DNA from: Candidatus Lustribacter sp.
GTDB taxonomy: Bacteria; Vulcanimicrobiota; Vulcanimicrobiia; Vulcanimicrobiales; Vulcanimicrobiaceae
Direction: 5' to 3'
Assembly: GCA_965277805.1 (NCBI GenBank)
Contig: OZ255842.1
Span: 4,672,001-4,736,000 of the forward strand
Length of the DNA stretch: 64,000 nt
Positions within the stretch are counted from its first letter, which is position 1, and every line of letters starts with the position of its first letter. Positions 50,081 through 59,107 of this stretch are shown piece after piece. Position numbers and translations under genes: made by a program. The notes below the pieces were generated by a model. It saw only the letters and a program-made list of their open reading frames with translations. It was not told the origin of the DNA and did not search any database.

Positions 50081-51259
50081 ATGCGAGTTCGGATTCTGCC
50101 TTTTCTGGTCGCCCTGGCATTGCTTGCTCCATCCGCCGCGGAGGCGCCGGCCTCCGCCCAAGGTGCGCCCTTCGAGATCAACACGATCCTCGCGCTCACC
50201 GGCCCCGCGGCATTCATCGGCGGCTCCGAGCAGAAGGCGTTGCAGATTCTGGAAACGCTGACCAACAAGAGCGGCGGTATCAAAGGCCGCCCGATCAAGT
50301 TCGTCATCGTCGACGACCAATCGAATCCGGCCGTCTCGGTTCAGCTCACGAACGGGCTCATCGCGAAAAAAGTCCCGGTGATCTTGGGTCCCTCGTTTAC
50401 CGCCACGTGTCTCGCCGACGGCCCGCTACTGGCGAAGTCGGGGCCCGTCGACTATTGCTTCTCACCGTCGATCTCGCCGGCGCCCGGCAGCTATCAGTAT
50501 TCGTCGACGGTCTCCACGCGCAACGACGCGCGCGCGCTCGCACACTTCTATCGCGACAACGGCTGGACGAAGATCGCCTTGATGACGACGACCGACGCTA
50601 GCGGCCAGCAGTTCGAGCAGTACTTCGACGAAGCGCTGGCATTGCCGGAAAATTCGTCGCTGAAGCTCGTCGCGCGCGAACATTGGGCCGGCACCGATCT
50701 CAACATCACCGCGCAAGCCGAGCGCATCAAGAACTCGGGGGCGCAAGCGATGATCGGCTGGTCGGCCGGCACCGCAACCGGCACGCTGCTGCACGGCCTG
50801 CACGACACCGGCGTCGACATTCCGGTCGCTTGCGGCAACGGCAACATGATCCCCGAGCAGCTCGCCGGCTACGCGACGTTCCTCCCGAAGAATCTGCTCT
50901 TCCCCGGCCGCCGCTCGCTCGTGCTCGATCCGAATGCGCCGAAGGCGATGCACGCGGTGCAAGTCACGTACTTCGATGCCTTCAAAGCGGCCGGCGTCGG
51001 CACGAACCTCGCAACCACGCTCGGCTGGGATCCGGCGATGCTCGTCATCGATGCGTTTAAGAAACTCGGCACCGAGGCCACGGCCGAGCAGATCAACGAA
51101 TACATCCAGCACACCAAAGGCTGGGTCGGGATCAACGGTTCCTACGACTACACCGACGGCAGCCAGCGCGGCATCGGGATCGACGGCGTGGTGATCGACC
51201 GCTGGGATCCGGCCAAGGGCGATTTCGTCGCGATCAGCAAGCCCGGCGGCGGCAAGTAG
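50081..51259 (+). CDS. ABC substrate-binding protein, LivJ/LivK-like
   Basis: SD GGAGG, signal peptide, L.LTG.AA..G, N..GGI.GRPI....DDQ. Confidence 0.85.
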   Translation: MRVRILPFLVALALLAPSAAEAPASAQGAPFEINTILALTGPAAFIGGSEQKALQILETLTNKSGGIKGRPIKFVIVDDQSNPAVSVQLTNGLIAKKVPVILGPSFTATCLADGPLLAKSGPVDYCFSPSISPAPGSYQYSSTVSTRNDARALAHFYRDNGWTKIALMTTTDASGQQFEQYFDEALALPENSSLKLVAREHWAGTDLNITAQAERIKNSGAQAMIGWSAGTATGTLLHGLHDTGVDIPVACGNGNMIPEQLAGYATFLPKNLLFPGRRSLVLDPNAPKAMHAVQVTYFDAFKAAGVGTNLATTLGWDPAMLVIDAFKKLGTEATAEQINEYIQHTKGWVGINGSYDYTDGSQRGIGIDGVVIDRWDPAKGDFVAISKPGGGK

Positions 51260-51291
51260 ATCCGGCGAAGATCCTGAAGGGGGAAGTCACG

Positions 51292-51726
51292 ATGAAAACG
51301 ATCACGCTCGCTCAAGCGCAAACCATTGTGACCTCCGCGCTCGCGCACGCGCGCGCGCAGAAATTCAAGCCGCTCGGTGTCGCGGTGCTCGACGTGCGCG
51401 GCGTGCTCACCGCGTATGCCGCCGAAGACGGCGCGACGCTGGGGCGTGCGCACGTCGCGATGGGCAAAGCCGGCGGCGCGATCGGCATGGGCCTCGGCTC
51501 ACGCACGCTCGCGAAGCGCGGCCGTGAAGCACCGCAGTTCGTCAACGCCGTCGGCTCGCTGTTCCCGCTCGGCCTCGTGCCCGTGCCGGGCGGCGTCCTC
51601 ATCAAAGACGGTGACGACGTCGTCGGCGCGGTCGGCATCTCCGGCGACAACTCCGATAACGACGAAGCCGCCGCCATCGCCGGCATCACCGCCGCCGGCC
51701 TAACCCCCGACCCCGGCACCGACTAA
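51292..51726 (+). CDS. GlcG/HbpS family heme-binding protein
   Basis: VAVLD..G, A.GKA, PGGVLI, VGAVGISG....NDE. Confidence 0.88.
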   Translation: MKTITLAQAQTIVTSALAHARAQKFKPLGVAVLDVRGVLTAYAAEDGATLGRAHVAMGKAGGAIGMGLGSRTLAKRGREAPQFVNAVGSLFPLGLVPVPGGVLIKDGDDVVGAVGISGDNSDNDEAAAIAGITAAGLTPDPGTD

Positions 51727-51766
51727 TCCACCGGGGGTGTGCGCACGGCGCCCGCACGCCCTCCGT

Positions 51767-51884
51767 TGTCATCCCGAGCGGAGCGCCGCAGGGCGCGCAG
51801 ACGATGTGGCGTTGCCCTGGCTGAAAATGACGACTGTCTCGGTCCCTCGTCTTCGCGCCCTATGGCGCTCCGCTCGGGATGACA
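51767..51884. repeat. REPIN-like doublet: two inverted 38-bp long-type repeats flanking a 42-bp spacer
   Basis: 51767-51804 and the reverse complement of 51847-51884 match 35/38 (TGTCATCCCGAGCGGAGCGCC..AGGGCGCG.AGACGA). Confidence 0.88.
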
Positions 51885-53068
51885 TTGGGGGTGGGGGTTA
51901 GGTTACGGGTGGTGGTTAGGAGGCTTATGGTTATGGCGATGATGCCGAGGATGATGGCGGCGGTGATGAAGGCGGGGGTTAGGCCGAAGTAGGTTGAGGC
52001 GATGCCGATGCCGAGCGCGGGGATGCTGAAGCCGAGATAGCACGCGACGAGATAGGCGGACAGCGTTTCGGCGCGGTGTTCGGGCGGGGCGATCGTGCCG
52101 ATGATGGAGAGGCCCGAGAGGTACGACACGCCGCCGCCGGCACCCGCGATCAGCGCGGCGATCGCGACCAGCAGTTCGGCGCGCAGCGAAATCGCGATCA
52201 GCAAGAGCCAGACGCCCGCGCCGAGCGCGAGCATCGCGCCGATGATCGCCGTGCGCGGTGGAAGCTTTTGCGCGGAGAGCGATGCTGAGACCGAACCGAT
52301 CTGCACGATCGTAATGACGAACGCGCCGACGAGCAGGCTGTGCAGGTTCAGCGCGCGCGAGAGAAACGCGGGGACGAGCGCGATGAAGATCGCGAACGTC
52401 GACCAGCCGATGAACGACTGCGTCGCCGCGATCATGAACGGCCGCCGGATCGAAGCCGGTACGTGCAGGGTCGCGCTGAGCCCCGCCGGATGCAGGTGCG
52501 GACACGACGGCACGGTGGCAACCGCGATCGCACCGCACGCGAGCAAGCCGATCATCACCAAGTACGGGAGCGCGGTCGGATGCGGGCCGTACTCGGCGAG
52601 CATGCCGCCGAGCAGCGCCCCGAACGCCGAACCGCCGCCCGTGGCCAGCACGGTGATCGCCGGAGCATGAACGCGCTGCGCTTCGGTCGTCCATTCACGA
52701 ATCGCTGCGGCCGCCGCGCCGGTACCGATGCCCATTGCGAGGCCTTGGATGATGCGCGCGATGATCAGCCAGCGCAGCCCGTCGGCGAACGCGAACGCGA
52801 GCGAGGCGATCGCCAGCAGCGCAAACGCGAGCAGGATCGTGCGGCGGCGGCCGATGCTGTCGGAGAGGCCGCCGAGAAACAGCAGCGAGGGGATCAGCGA
52901 CGCGGCGTACACCGCGAACACGACGCTGGTATCAGCCGGCGTGAGGTTCCACGTGCGATGGTAGAGTTCAAACAGCGGCGTCGGCAAGAGCGAGCTCGCA
53001 AGCATCAGCGCCATCGCGACCGCGGCGATCGGGTAGCGGCCCGCGGCCGGATTGGCTGACTGCACCAT
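51860..53068 (-). CDS. MFS transporter
   Basis: PTPL...Y, G.LSD.IGRR motif A, ARIIQG, about 12 TM segments. Start ATG 53068. Confidence 0.9.
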   Translation of the reverse strand: MVQSANPAAGRYPIAAVAMALMLASSLLPTPLFELYHRTWNLTPADTSVVFAVYAASLIPSLLFLGGLSDSIGRRRTILLAFALLAIASLAFAFADGLRWLIIARIIQGLAMGIGTGAAAAAIREWTTEAQRVHAPAITVLATGGGSAFGALLGGMLAEYGPHPTALPYLVMIGLLACGAIAVATVPSCPHLHPAGLSATLHVPASIRRPFMIAATQSFIGWSTFAIFIALVPAFLSRALNLHSLLVGAFVITIVQIGSVSASLSAQKLPPRTAIIGAMLALGAGVWLLLIAISLRAELLVAIAALIAGAGGGVSYLSGLSIIGTIAPPEHRAETLSAYLVACYLGFSIPALGIGIASTYFGLTPAFITAAIILGIIAITISLLTTTRNLTPTPNVIPSGAP

Positions 53069-53132
53069 TGCAAGACAAAACGTACATCGGTACGAAACAC
53101 GGCGGCAAGATGCGGCGTGCGAGAATCGGGGA

Positions 53133-53726
53133 ATGAGAATAGGGTTCTCTTTCCTGCGCACGCTCGCCGGCGTGACCTCGGCGGTCGTTCCGTTCGCAAT
53201 CGCCGTCCATCTGTTCGCTGAAGGGCTCGCGCTCGGCGCGAGCGCGATGGCGTCCGATTTCTGGCTGCGCCACGCCTACTTGCTTGCGCCGCTCGCCCTC
53301 TCGCTGTGGTCGTTTAGCCGCACCGTCGGCCTCGGTGCCGGCCGTACGGAGATGATCCGGCGCTGCGCGTTCGTGCGCGCGCGCCTGCGGGCCGCCGGCG
53401 CGAGCTCGACCGTCGTTGCGTTCACCGTCTCCAACCTGATCTTCTTCGGCATCACGCAGTTGCTCGAAGGCGTACCAATCGCGACGACCTCGATCGGCAC
53501 CGGCCTCACTGCGGCCGTGCTCGGCGCGCTGTTTTCCGCGCTGGCCATCTTCTTTTGGGGCCGCTCACTCGTCGCTACCGCGCTGGCCGCGGCCGTGCGG
53601 CGCCCGCGCCTGCCCGCGCGTCTCGCGTCCACGATCCGGCGCATCATCGCTGCCCCGCGTGCGGCTGCGAGCACGTTCTCCCTGTTCGTCCCGAATCGTC
53701 CCCCGCCGGCTTCGTCCCCGGCCTGA
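53133..53726 (+). CDS. multi-TM hypothetical protein with C-terminal RPPP (candidate arrest-peptide leader of the TBDT)
   Basis: About 4 hydrophobic helices with His in the first two (VHLFAE, RHAYL), a basic linker, and the ending FVPNRPPPASSPA 35 nt before the TBDT start. Confidence 0.7.
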   Translation: MRIGFSFLRTLAGVTSAVVPFAIAVHLFAEGLALGASAMASDFWLRHAYLLAPLALSLWSFSRTVGLGAGRTEMIRRCAFVRARLRAAGASSTVVAFTVSNLIFFGITQLLEGVPIATTSIGTGLTAAVLGALFSALAIFFWGRSLVATALAAAVRRPRLPARLASTIRRIIAAPRAAASTFSLFVPNRPPPASSPA

Positions 53727-53756
53727 TCTCAACCACAACTTTCATTTAAGGGGACG
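53713..53756 (+). promoter_or_regulatory. anti-SD/SD pairing that could occlude the TBDT ribosome-binding site
   Basis: CGTCCCC (53713-53719, with another copy at 53697-53703) is the exact complement of GGGGACG (53750-53756), which covers the TBDT SD. Confidence 0.5.
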
Positions 53757-53761
53757 TTCCC

Positions 53762-56209
53762 GTGGGTATTTTTCGACGTGCGGCGCGCATTGCGCCGGCA
53801 CTTTGCCTTGTTTGTATTCTCTGTCTATCCGCCTTCGGAAGTGCGCTAGCGCAATCGACGGCATCGCTCTCCGGTCAAGTGACCGTCAACGGTCAGCCCG
53901 TCAAGGGCGCCAACGTCACGGCGGTCGGCAGCAACGTATCGTTGCACGTCCTCACCGACGCGCAGGGGCACTTCACGTTCACGGGCGTGCCGATCGGCAC
54001 GTACGACGTCGACGCGAACGCGCCCGACGGCACCGCATCGCTGCGCGTCGACGTGCCGTCGGCGGGCGCAGTCATCACGATCGGCCTCTCCGGTCTCAAG
54101 GAGATCGGCCGCACGTCGGTCATCTCGCATCCGCCGCTGGGCGGATCGGGGACCGATCTCAACCTCAGCAGCGACGTGCTCACGCACTCGCCGGCCAACG
54201 GCAGCCTGCCGAACTTGCTCTTGCAGCTCCCCGGTGCCGCGCGCGGCGCGAACGGGGTCGTGCACATCAACGGCGATCACGGCGACGTGAACTACATCGT
54301 CGACGGCGTGCCGATTCCGCAAGAGCTCAACCGCAACATCGGAACGGAGTTCGACCCCAACGACCTCGCGTTCATCGAAGCGATCGAAGGCGCATATCCG
54401 GCGCAGTACGGCGAGCGTTTCGCTTCGGTTATCAACGCCAACACGCGCAACGGCGCCGGCGCGCCGGGTATCAACGCGCAATTCGATGCCGGGTCGTTCA
54501 ATAGCTTCGATTCCGACCTTTCGTACCACGCACCGATCGGCACGGGTTCGCTGGTCCTGGCGTCGCGCAACGAGCAGAGCTCGCGCGGGCTCGATCCGCC
54601 GAACCCCGGCTCGCCGCACAACGGCTTCAGCAACACCAACCAGTTCCTGCGCTACACCCAGCCGATCGGTACCGACTTTCTCAACCTCACGCTCAGCCAC
54701 GCCTATCAAACCTACCAGATCCCCAACGACACCGACGGCGGCGAACCGGCCGCAACCGACGACAACGAAACGCAGAACGACTTCTTCGGAACGCTGCAGT
54801 ACCGCCATCCGATCGGCGATCACGGCTCGCTCACGTTGGGGCCGACGTACAAACGCTCGCAGATCCGCGATTTCGGCGATCCGAACAACGACTTCATCTA
54901 CGGTGAAGCGCAGAATCCCGGCGCGCCGGCGGACTGCGCGCTGGCGTTGAGTTCTACCGGCCCGATCGTGGGCGGCATCGTCACGAACCCCGTGCCGAAT
55001 CCGGCCGTCGCGTACTCCAACGCGACGTGCGGCTTCTCGCTCTACGGCAACCGGACGGCGATCGACCTCGGCGGCGTGCTCGACTACGACAACTCGAGCC
55101 CGCATCACGACGTGCGCTTCGGCGGCGTGTACGACGCGACCAACGTCGCGAAAGACTACGAGATCACGCTGCAGCCCGGCAACTTCCTCGCCCCGATTTT
55201 CACTCCGGCCACGCCCGGCGCCGCGTATACCGTGATCGACAACGCACCGAACGTCGGCCATCTCACCGCATTGTATCTGCAAGACTCGTGGAAAATGGGC
55301 GCCTACGAGCTCGACTACGGCCTGCGTCAGGATGCCTTCCTCGTGTCGTCGACCCAGTTTGCGGTCGGCTACGCCCAAACGAGCCCGCGTATCAAGCTCA
55401 CGCGCAACATCGGCCCGCGAGCGAGCGTATACGTGTTCTACGGCCGTTACTTCACGCCGTTCTCGCTCGAGAACGTCTCGCCGCTCGCGGCGTACACGTT
55501 GAATCTGCCGCTGCAGACTTCGGTCGCGCAGTTCGATCTCAAACCCGAGCGAGACTCAACCTACGAGGTCGGCGGACACGTCGGCATCGGCAAGGGCGAT
55601 CTCGGCTTACGCGTGATGCAGAAAGATGCAACCGACCTGATCGACGATACGCAAGTGGGCGTGACGGCCTTGCATCAGGACATCAACTACGCGCAGGGGC
55701 GCATCGCAACGCAATCGGCGTACTACCAGCTCGGCTTCGGCCAAGGCAGCCGCGTCTACGCCTCCGCCACGCACACGTACTCGGTGAACAAGGGCTGCGA
55801 AACGCAACTTTTGGCGCCGTGTTTCGGTCAGCCCGACGATTGGACGCCGGCCGATCACGATCAGCGGGTCGACATCTCATCGGGAATCATCGCCAACGAA
55901 CGTAACGGCGGGTGGTTCGCCTTTGACGGCGAGTACGGCAGCGGTCTATCGACGGGGCTCAACCCGACCGGCGGCATCACGTGCGCGGGACCGGGCTACA
56001 CCGCGAACATCGGCGGACCGTGTAAATTCACGCCGCATCTGACGTTCGATGCGGAAAAGGGTGTGCCGTTGGGAACTGGGGTCGTGTTGACACTCCGGAT
56101 CCAGAATCTGCTCAACGATCAGTATCAGGTGACCTACCTCAACGCGCAGGGCAACCATTACGCGCCGCCCCGCACGTTTCAAGTCGGTCTCCGCATCAGC
56201 GGAAAGTAG
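53762..56209 (+). CDS. TonB-dependent receptor (possibly metal-specific)
   Basis: Signal peptide, N-terminal carboxypeptidase-regulatory-like domain, plug H.NGDHG...YIVDGVP, GAYPAQYG, YLQDSW, LKPER, DHDQR, IQNLLN, PRTFQVGLR. Confidence 0.9.
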   Translation: MGIFRRAARIAPALCLVCILCLSAFGSALAQSTASLSGQVTVNGQPVKGANVTAVGSNVSLHVLTDAQGHFTFTGVPIGTYDVDANAPDGTASLRVDVPSAGAVITIGLSGLKEIGRTSVISHPPLGGSGTDLNLSSDVLTHSPANGSLPNLLLQLPGAARGANGVVHINGDHGDVNYIVDGVPIPQELNRNIGTEFDPNDLAFIEAIEGAYPAQYGERFASVINANTRNGAGAPGINAQFDAGSFNSFDSDLSYHAPIGTGSLVLASRNEQSSRGLDPPNPGSPHNGFSNTNQFLRYTQPIGTDFLNLTLSHAYQTYQIPNDTDGGEPAATDDNETQNDFFGTLQYRHPIGDHGSLTLGPTYKRSQIRDFGDPNNDFIYGEAQNPGAPADCALALSSTGPIVGGIVTNPVPNPAVAYSNATCGFSLYGNRTAIDLGGVLDYDNSSPHHDVRFGGVYDATNVAKDYEITLQPGNFLAPIFTPATPGAAYTVIDNAPNVGHLTALYLQDSWKMGAYELDYGLRQDAFLVSSTQFAVGYAQTSPRIKLTRNIGPRASVYVFYGRYFTPFSLENVSPLAAYTLNLPLQTSVAQFDLKPERDSTYEVGGHVGIGKGDLGLRVMQKDATDLIDDTQVGVTALHQDINYAQGRIATQSAYYQLGFGQGSRVYASATHTYSVNKGCETQLLAPCFGQPDDWTPADHDQRVDISSGIIANERNGGWFAFDGEYGSGLSTGLNPTGGITCAGPGYTANIGGPCKFTPHLTFDAEKGVPLGTGVVLTLRIQNLLNDQYQVTYLNAQGNHYAPPRTFQVGLRISGK

Positions 56210-56212
56210 GGT

Positions 56213-57400
56213 CTAGAGCGGGGCGCCGCCGGGACGGCTCACGGCGACGACACGCTTCTTAGCGGCGTCCCATTTCACGATGATCAGCGAGGTGATGTGT
56301 TCGCCTCGCTGATCGCCCGCACGATAATCCTGGATCCCGTTGATGCCGGCCAAACCGTGCGCCGACTCGATGAAGGCGAGCAGCGACTTCGCGTCGGTGT
56401 TCGTGCCGAGCTTGCGCAGTCCGTCGATCACGATGAGCGTCGGATCCCACGGGAAGCCGTTGCCGACGTCGGGGTCGATTTTCTTCGCGTTGAACGCCTT
56501 GTAATATGCGACTTCGGCGTCGCGTACGGGGCCCTTTCCCGCGACCTCACGCGCGTAGAAGCGCGGGGCGGTGGAGTAGAATTCGTTGGGCATGAAGCTC
56601 GAATACTGCGAGAGCGCCTCGTCGAGCACGTTGCCGAGGTTGGTCATGAACGGAACGTTGGAAAGCCCGGCGTCGCGCAAGCCGCGCAACAGGGTGCCGG
56701 TCGCAGTGCCGACCGTCATGCCGAAGATCGCGTCGGGGTTCGCGGCCTTGACGTTGGCCAGCTGCGCGCCGACGCCGACGTCGGTTGCGTTGTAATGCTC
56801 GGTCACGACGAAGCTCATGCCGGCGAAGCGCGGATCCTTGATAGCCAGATTGAACTGTCCGCCGATGTCTTGTCCCGTGGCGTCGTTGGTCGTGACTTCA
56901 GCCAGGCGCTTCCAGCCCTTGGCCTTGGCGAAAACGAGCGTCTCGATCGCCTGATCGTAGCTCGAGGCGCCGCCGGAGAAGACGTAGCTGCCGGCGGCCG
57001 GATGGATCGTCGGCGCGAAGCAGTAATCCACCGGCCCGTTTTTCATCAGCGGCGCGATGGCCAGGCACGACGCGAGGAACGTCGGTCCCAGCATCACCGG
57101 CGGATGGTTGGCGATGATGCCGTTCGCGAGTTGCACGGCGACGGCAGGCTGCGTCTGGTCGTCCAGCAGGTTGAAGTGGACGGGCTGACCTTTGATGCCG
57201 CCTTCTTTATTAATCAGCACCTCCAGCGTCTTCAGCGATTCGCCTTCGGCGGTGCCGAGAAATGCGAACGCGCCGGTCAGCGAGAGGATGACGTCGATCG
57301 TGTACGGCGCGGCGGCGCGGGCCGGGACCGAGGCGAACGGCGTGGAGAGAAGCGCGGCGATGCCGAGCGTAGCAATGAAGCGATGCCAACGGTTTTTCAC
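56213..57400 (-). CDS. ABC substrate-binding protein, LivJ/LivK-like
   Basis: GTG 57400, signal peptide, LSLTG.FA..G, INKEGGIKG.PV...DDQ. Paralog of 50081-51259. Confidence 0.85.
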   Translation of the reverse strand: MKNRWHRFIATLGIAALLSTPFASVPARAAAPYTIDVILSLTGAFAFLGTAEGESLKTLEVLINKEGGIKGQPVHFNLLDDQTQPAVAVQLANGIIANHPPVMLGPTFLASCLAIAPLMKNGPVDYCFAPTIHPAAGSYVFSGGASSYDQAIETLVFAKAKGWKRLAEVTTNDATGQDIGGQFNLAIKDPRFAGMSFVVTEHYNATDVGVGAQLANVKAANPDAIFGMTVGTATGTLLRGLRDAGLSNVPFMTNLGNVLDEALSQYSSFMPNEFYSTAPRFYAREVAGKGPVRDAEVAYYKAFNAKKIDPDVGNGFPWDPTLIVIDGLRKLGTNTDAKSLLAFIESAHGLAGINGIQDYRAGDQRGEHITSLIIVKWDAAKKRVVAVSRPGGAPL

Positions 57401-57438
57401 GTGAGCCGCTTTCGGTGGCTCCGCGTGCTGCCCCCGCG

Positions 57439-58656
57439 TCAGGCGGGCGTTTCGGGCGTGTGGATGTGTTCGGGCCGCGGGCCGATGCCGACGACATAGC
57501 CCGGCAGACGCCGCAAGAGCGGGATCGACGCGAACAGCCGCAGCGCGAGCGGCACATTCATCTTCGCCGCGGGCTTGCTCTCGAGAATTTTGCCCATGAA
57601 GCCGTTTTGGACCGCGACCTGGATGCCTTGAATGACCTGCATGGGAAAGACGCGCCGGCGCTGCACCGCGCGCAGATCGTTCGACCTGGGCGTGCCGCGT
57701 CTGAAAGCGGGATAAAGAATGTTCGCCGCCGCCACCGCGTCTTGCACGGCGAGGTTGATGCCGACGCCGCCGATCGGCGACATCGCATGCGCGGCATCGC
57801 CGATGCACAGCAAACCGGGACAGTACCACGTGCGTAACCGGTCGACGCTGACCGTCAGCAGTTTTACGTCGTTCCATTCGCGCAGTTCGTCCACGCGATC
57901 CGCCACCCAGGGCACGAGTGCGGCGATCTCGGCCCGGAACGCATCGATGCCGGCGCTTTGGATCGCATCGAACCCGCCTTTGCGAATCACGTACGCACAC
58001 TGCCAGTAATCATGGCGGTCGATCATCACCATCATCTTGCCGAAGTCAACGCGGCCCAGCACTTGTTCGGGATCGTCGGGCCGGCGCGACAGGCGCATCC
58101 ACAAGATGTCCATCGGCGCGCCGATCGTCTGCACCGGAAGTTGCGCCGCCGCGCGCACCGTCGACGTGCGGCCGTCGGCACCCACCACGAGCTCGGCGCG
58201 AATCTCGCCCGCGCCGTCTTTCGTTTCGGTGCGGACGCCGCGCACGACACCATCTTCGACGATCAAGCCGGTGGCCGATGTTTCCATGAGCAAATGGAAC
58301 GCCGGATAGCTGCGCGCGTTCTCGGCCAGGAAGTTCAAGAAATCCCACTGCGGCATCAACGCGATGAATTTCGCGGCGCCCGGCACGTGCGACACGTCGG
58401 CGACGGTGATGAGCGCGTCGCCGATCTGCGCGCGCACTTGCCGAATCTCGTTGTGGGGCCGTTGCAGAAACGCGTCGAGCAAGCCGAGTTCGTGCATCAG
58501 CTGCAGCGTCGACGGATGAATCGTGTCGCCGCGAAAGTCGCGGAAGAAGTCGGCGTGCTTCTCGAGTACCGTGACGTCGATGCCGGCGCGCGCGAGCAAG
58601 AAGCCGAGCATCATGCCGGCTGGACCGCCCCCGGCGACGACGCAGCGGGTACTCAG
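57439..58656 (-). CDS. FAD-dependent oxidoreductase (UbiH/PheA-like)
   Basis: CVVAGGGPAGMM Rossmann motif (upstream of the track's ATG 58614, so start likely CTG 58656), LEKH.DF.RDFRGDT.HPST, GADGR, IGDAAHAMSP.GGVGINLA.QDA. Confidence 0.9.
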   Translation of the reverse strand: MSTRCVVAGGGPAGMMLGFLLARAGIDVTVLEKHADFFRDFRGDTIHPSTLQLMHELGLLDAFLQRPHNEIRQVRAQIGDALITVADVSHVPGAAKFIALMPQWDFLNFLAENARSYPAFHLLMETSATGLIVEDGVVRGVRTETKDGAGEIRAELVVGADGRTSTVRAAAQLPVQTIGAPMDILWMRLSRRPDDPEQVLGRVDFGKMMVMIDRHDYWQCAYVIRKGGFDAIQSAGIDAFRAEIAALVPWVADRVDELREWNDVKLLTVSVDRLRTWYCPGLLCIGDAAHAMSPIGGVGINLAVQDAVAAANILYPAFRRGTPRSNDLRAVQRRRVFPMQVIQGIQVAVQNGFMGKILESKPAAKMNVPLALRLFASIPLLRRLPGYVVGIGPRPEHIHTPETPA

Positions 58657-59069
58657 AGCTTGCGAGCCATCGCGAGGCCCAGACCGACGGCGACGGCATC
58701 TTCGACGAGCGCTGCAAGAACGTTCGGAATGTGCCGTTCTGATGCGGCTTTGCGATACGCTGCTCCGACGTACGCAGCGGTGATCGCGCCCGCGCTTCCA
58801 AGCACGGCGCCGATCCAGCGCTGGCCGCCGCTCCGCTTCGCCGTTACGGCTCCCGAAATAGCGCCTGCTGCGATCCTGACGAGGAGCGCCGGCGGAATCG
58901 TGCGCGACGGCACGTTGGGCAATTTATCGACGATCAGCTCGGATAGGGCCAGCAGCGGAAGAGTGCGCTGCCATTTGCTTCCGCGCAGTGCGGTTGCGGG
59001 TCCAGTCATCGAACGAAGCCCGGCGACCACGCCGGAACCGAAGGGCCGTACGAGTTCTGCGGTTTTCAT
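58653..59069 (-). CDS. small membrane protein (DUF4126-like)
   Basis: G.VAGLRSMT.PA, ELI.DKLP..PSR, ALVED..A. Confidence 0.75.
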   Translation of the reverse strand: MKTAELVRPFGSGVVAGLRSMTGPATALRGSKWQRTLPLLALSELIVDKLPNVPSRTIPPALLVRIAAGAISGAVTAKRSGGQRWIGAVLGSAGAITAAYVGAAYRKAASERHIPNVLAALVEDAVAVGLGLAMARKL

Positions 59070-59107
59070 TCGGCCCTTCTACCCGCGCAACGAACCATAA
59101 CGAACAA

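Noticed and set aside
51767-51884. CRISPR array or IS element
   Set aside because: The repeats are inverted and dispersed, not direct with spacers. No cas or transposase gene is in the window.
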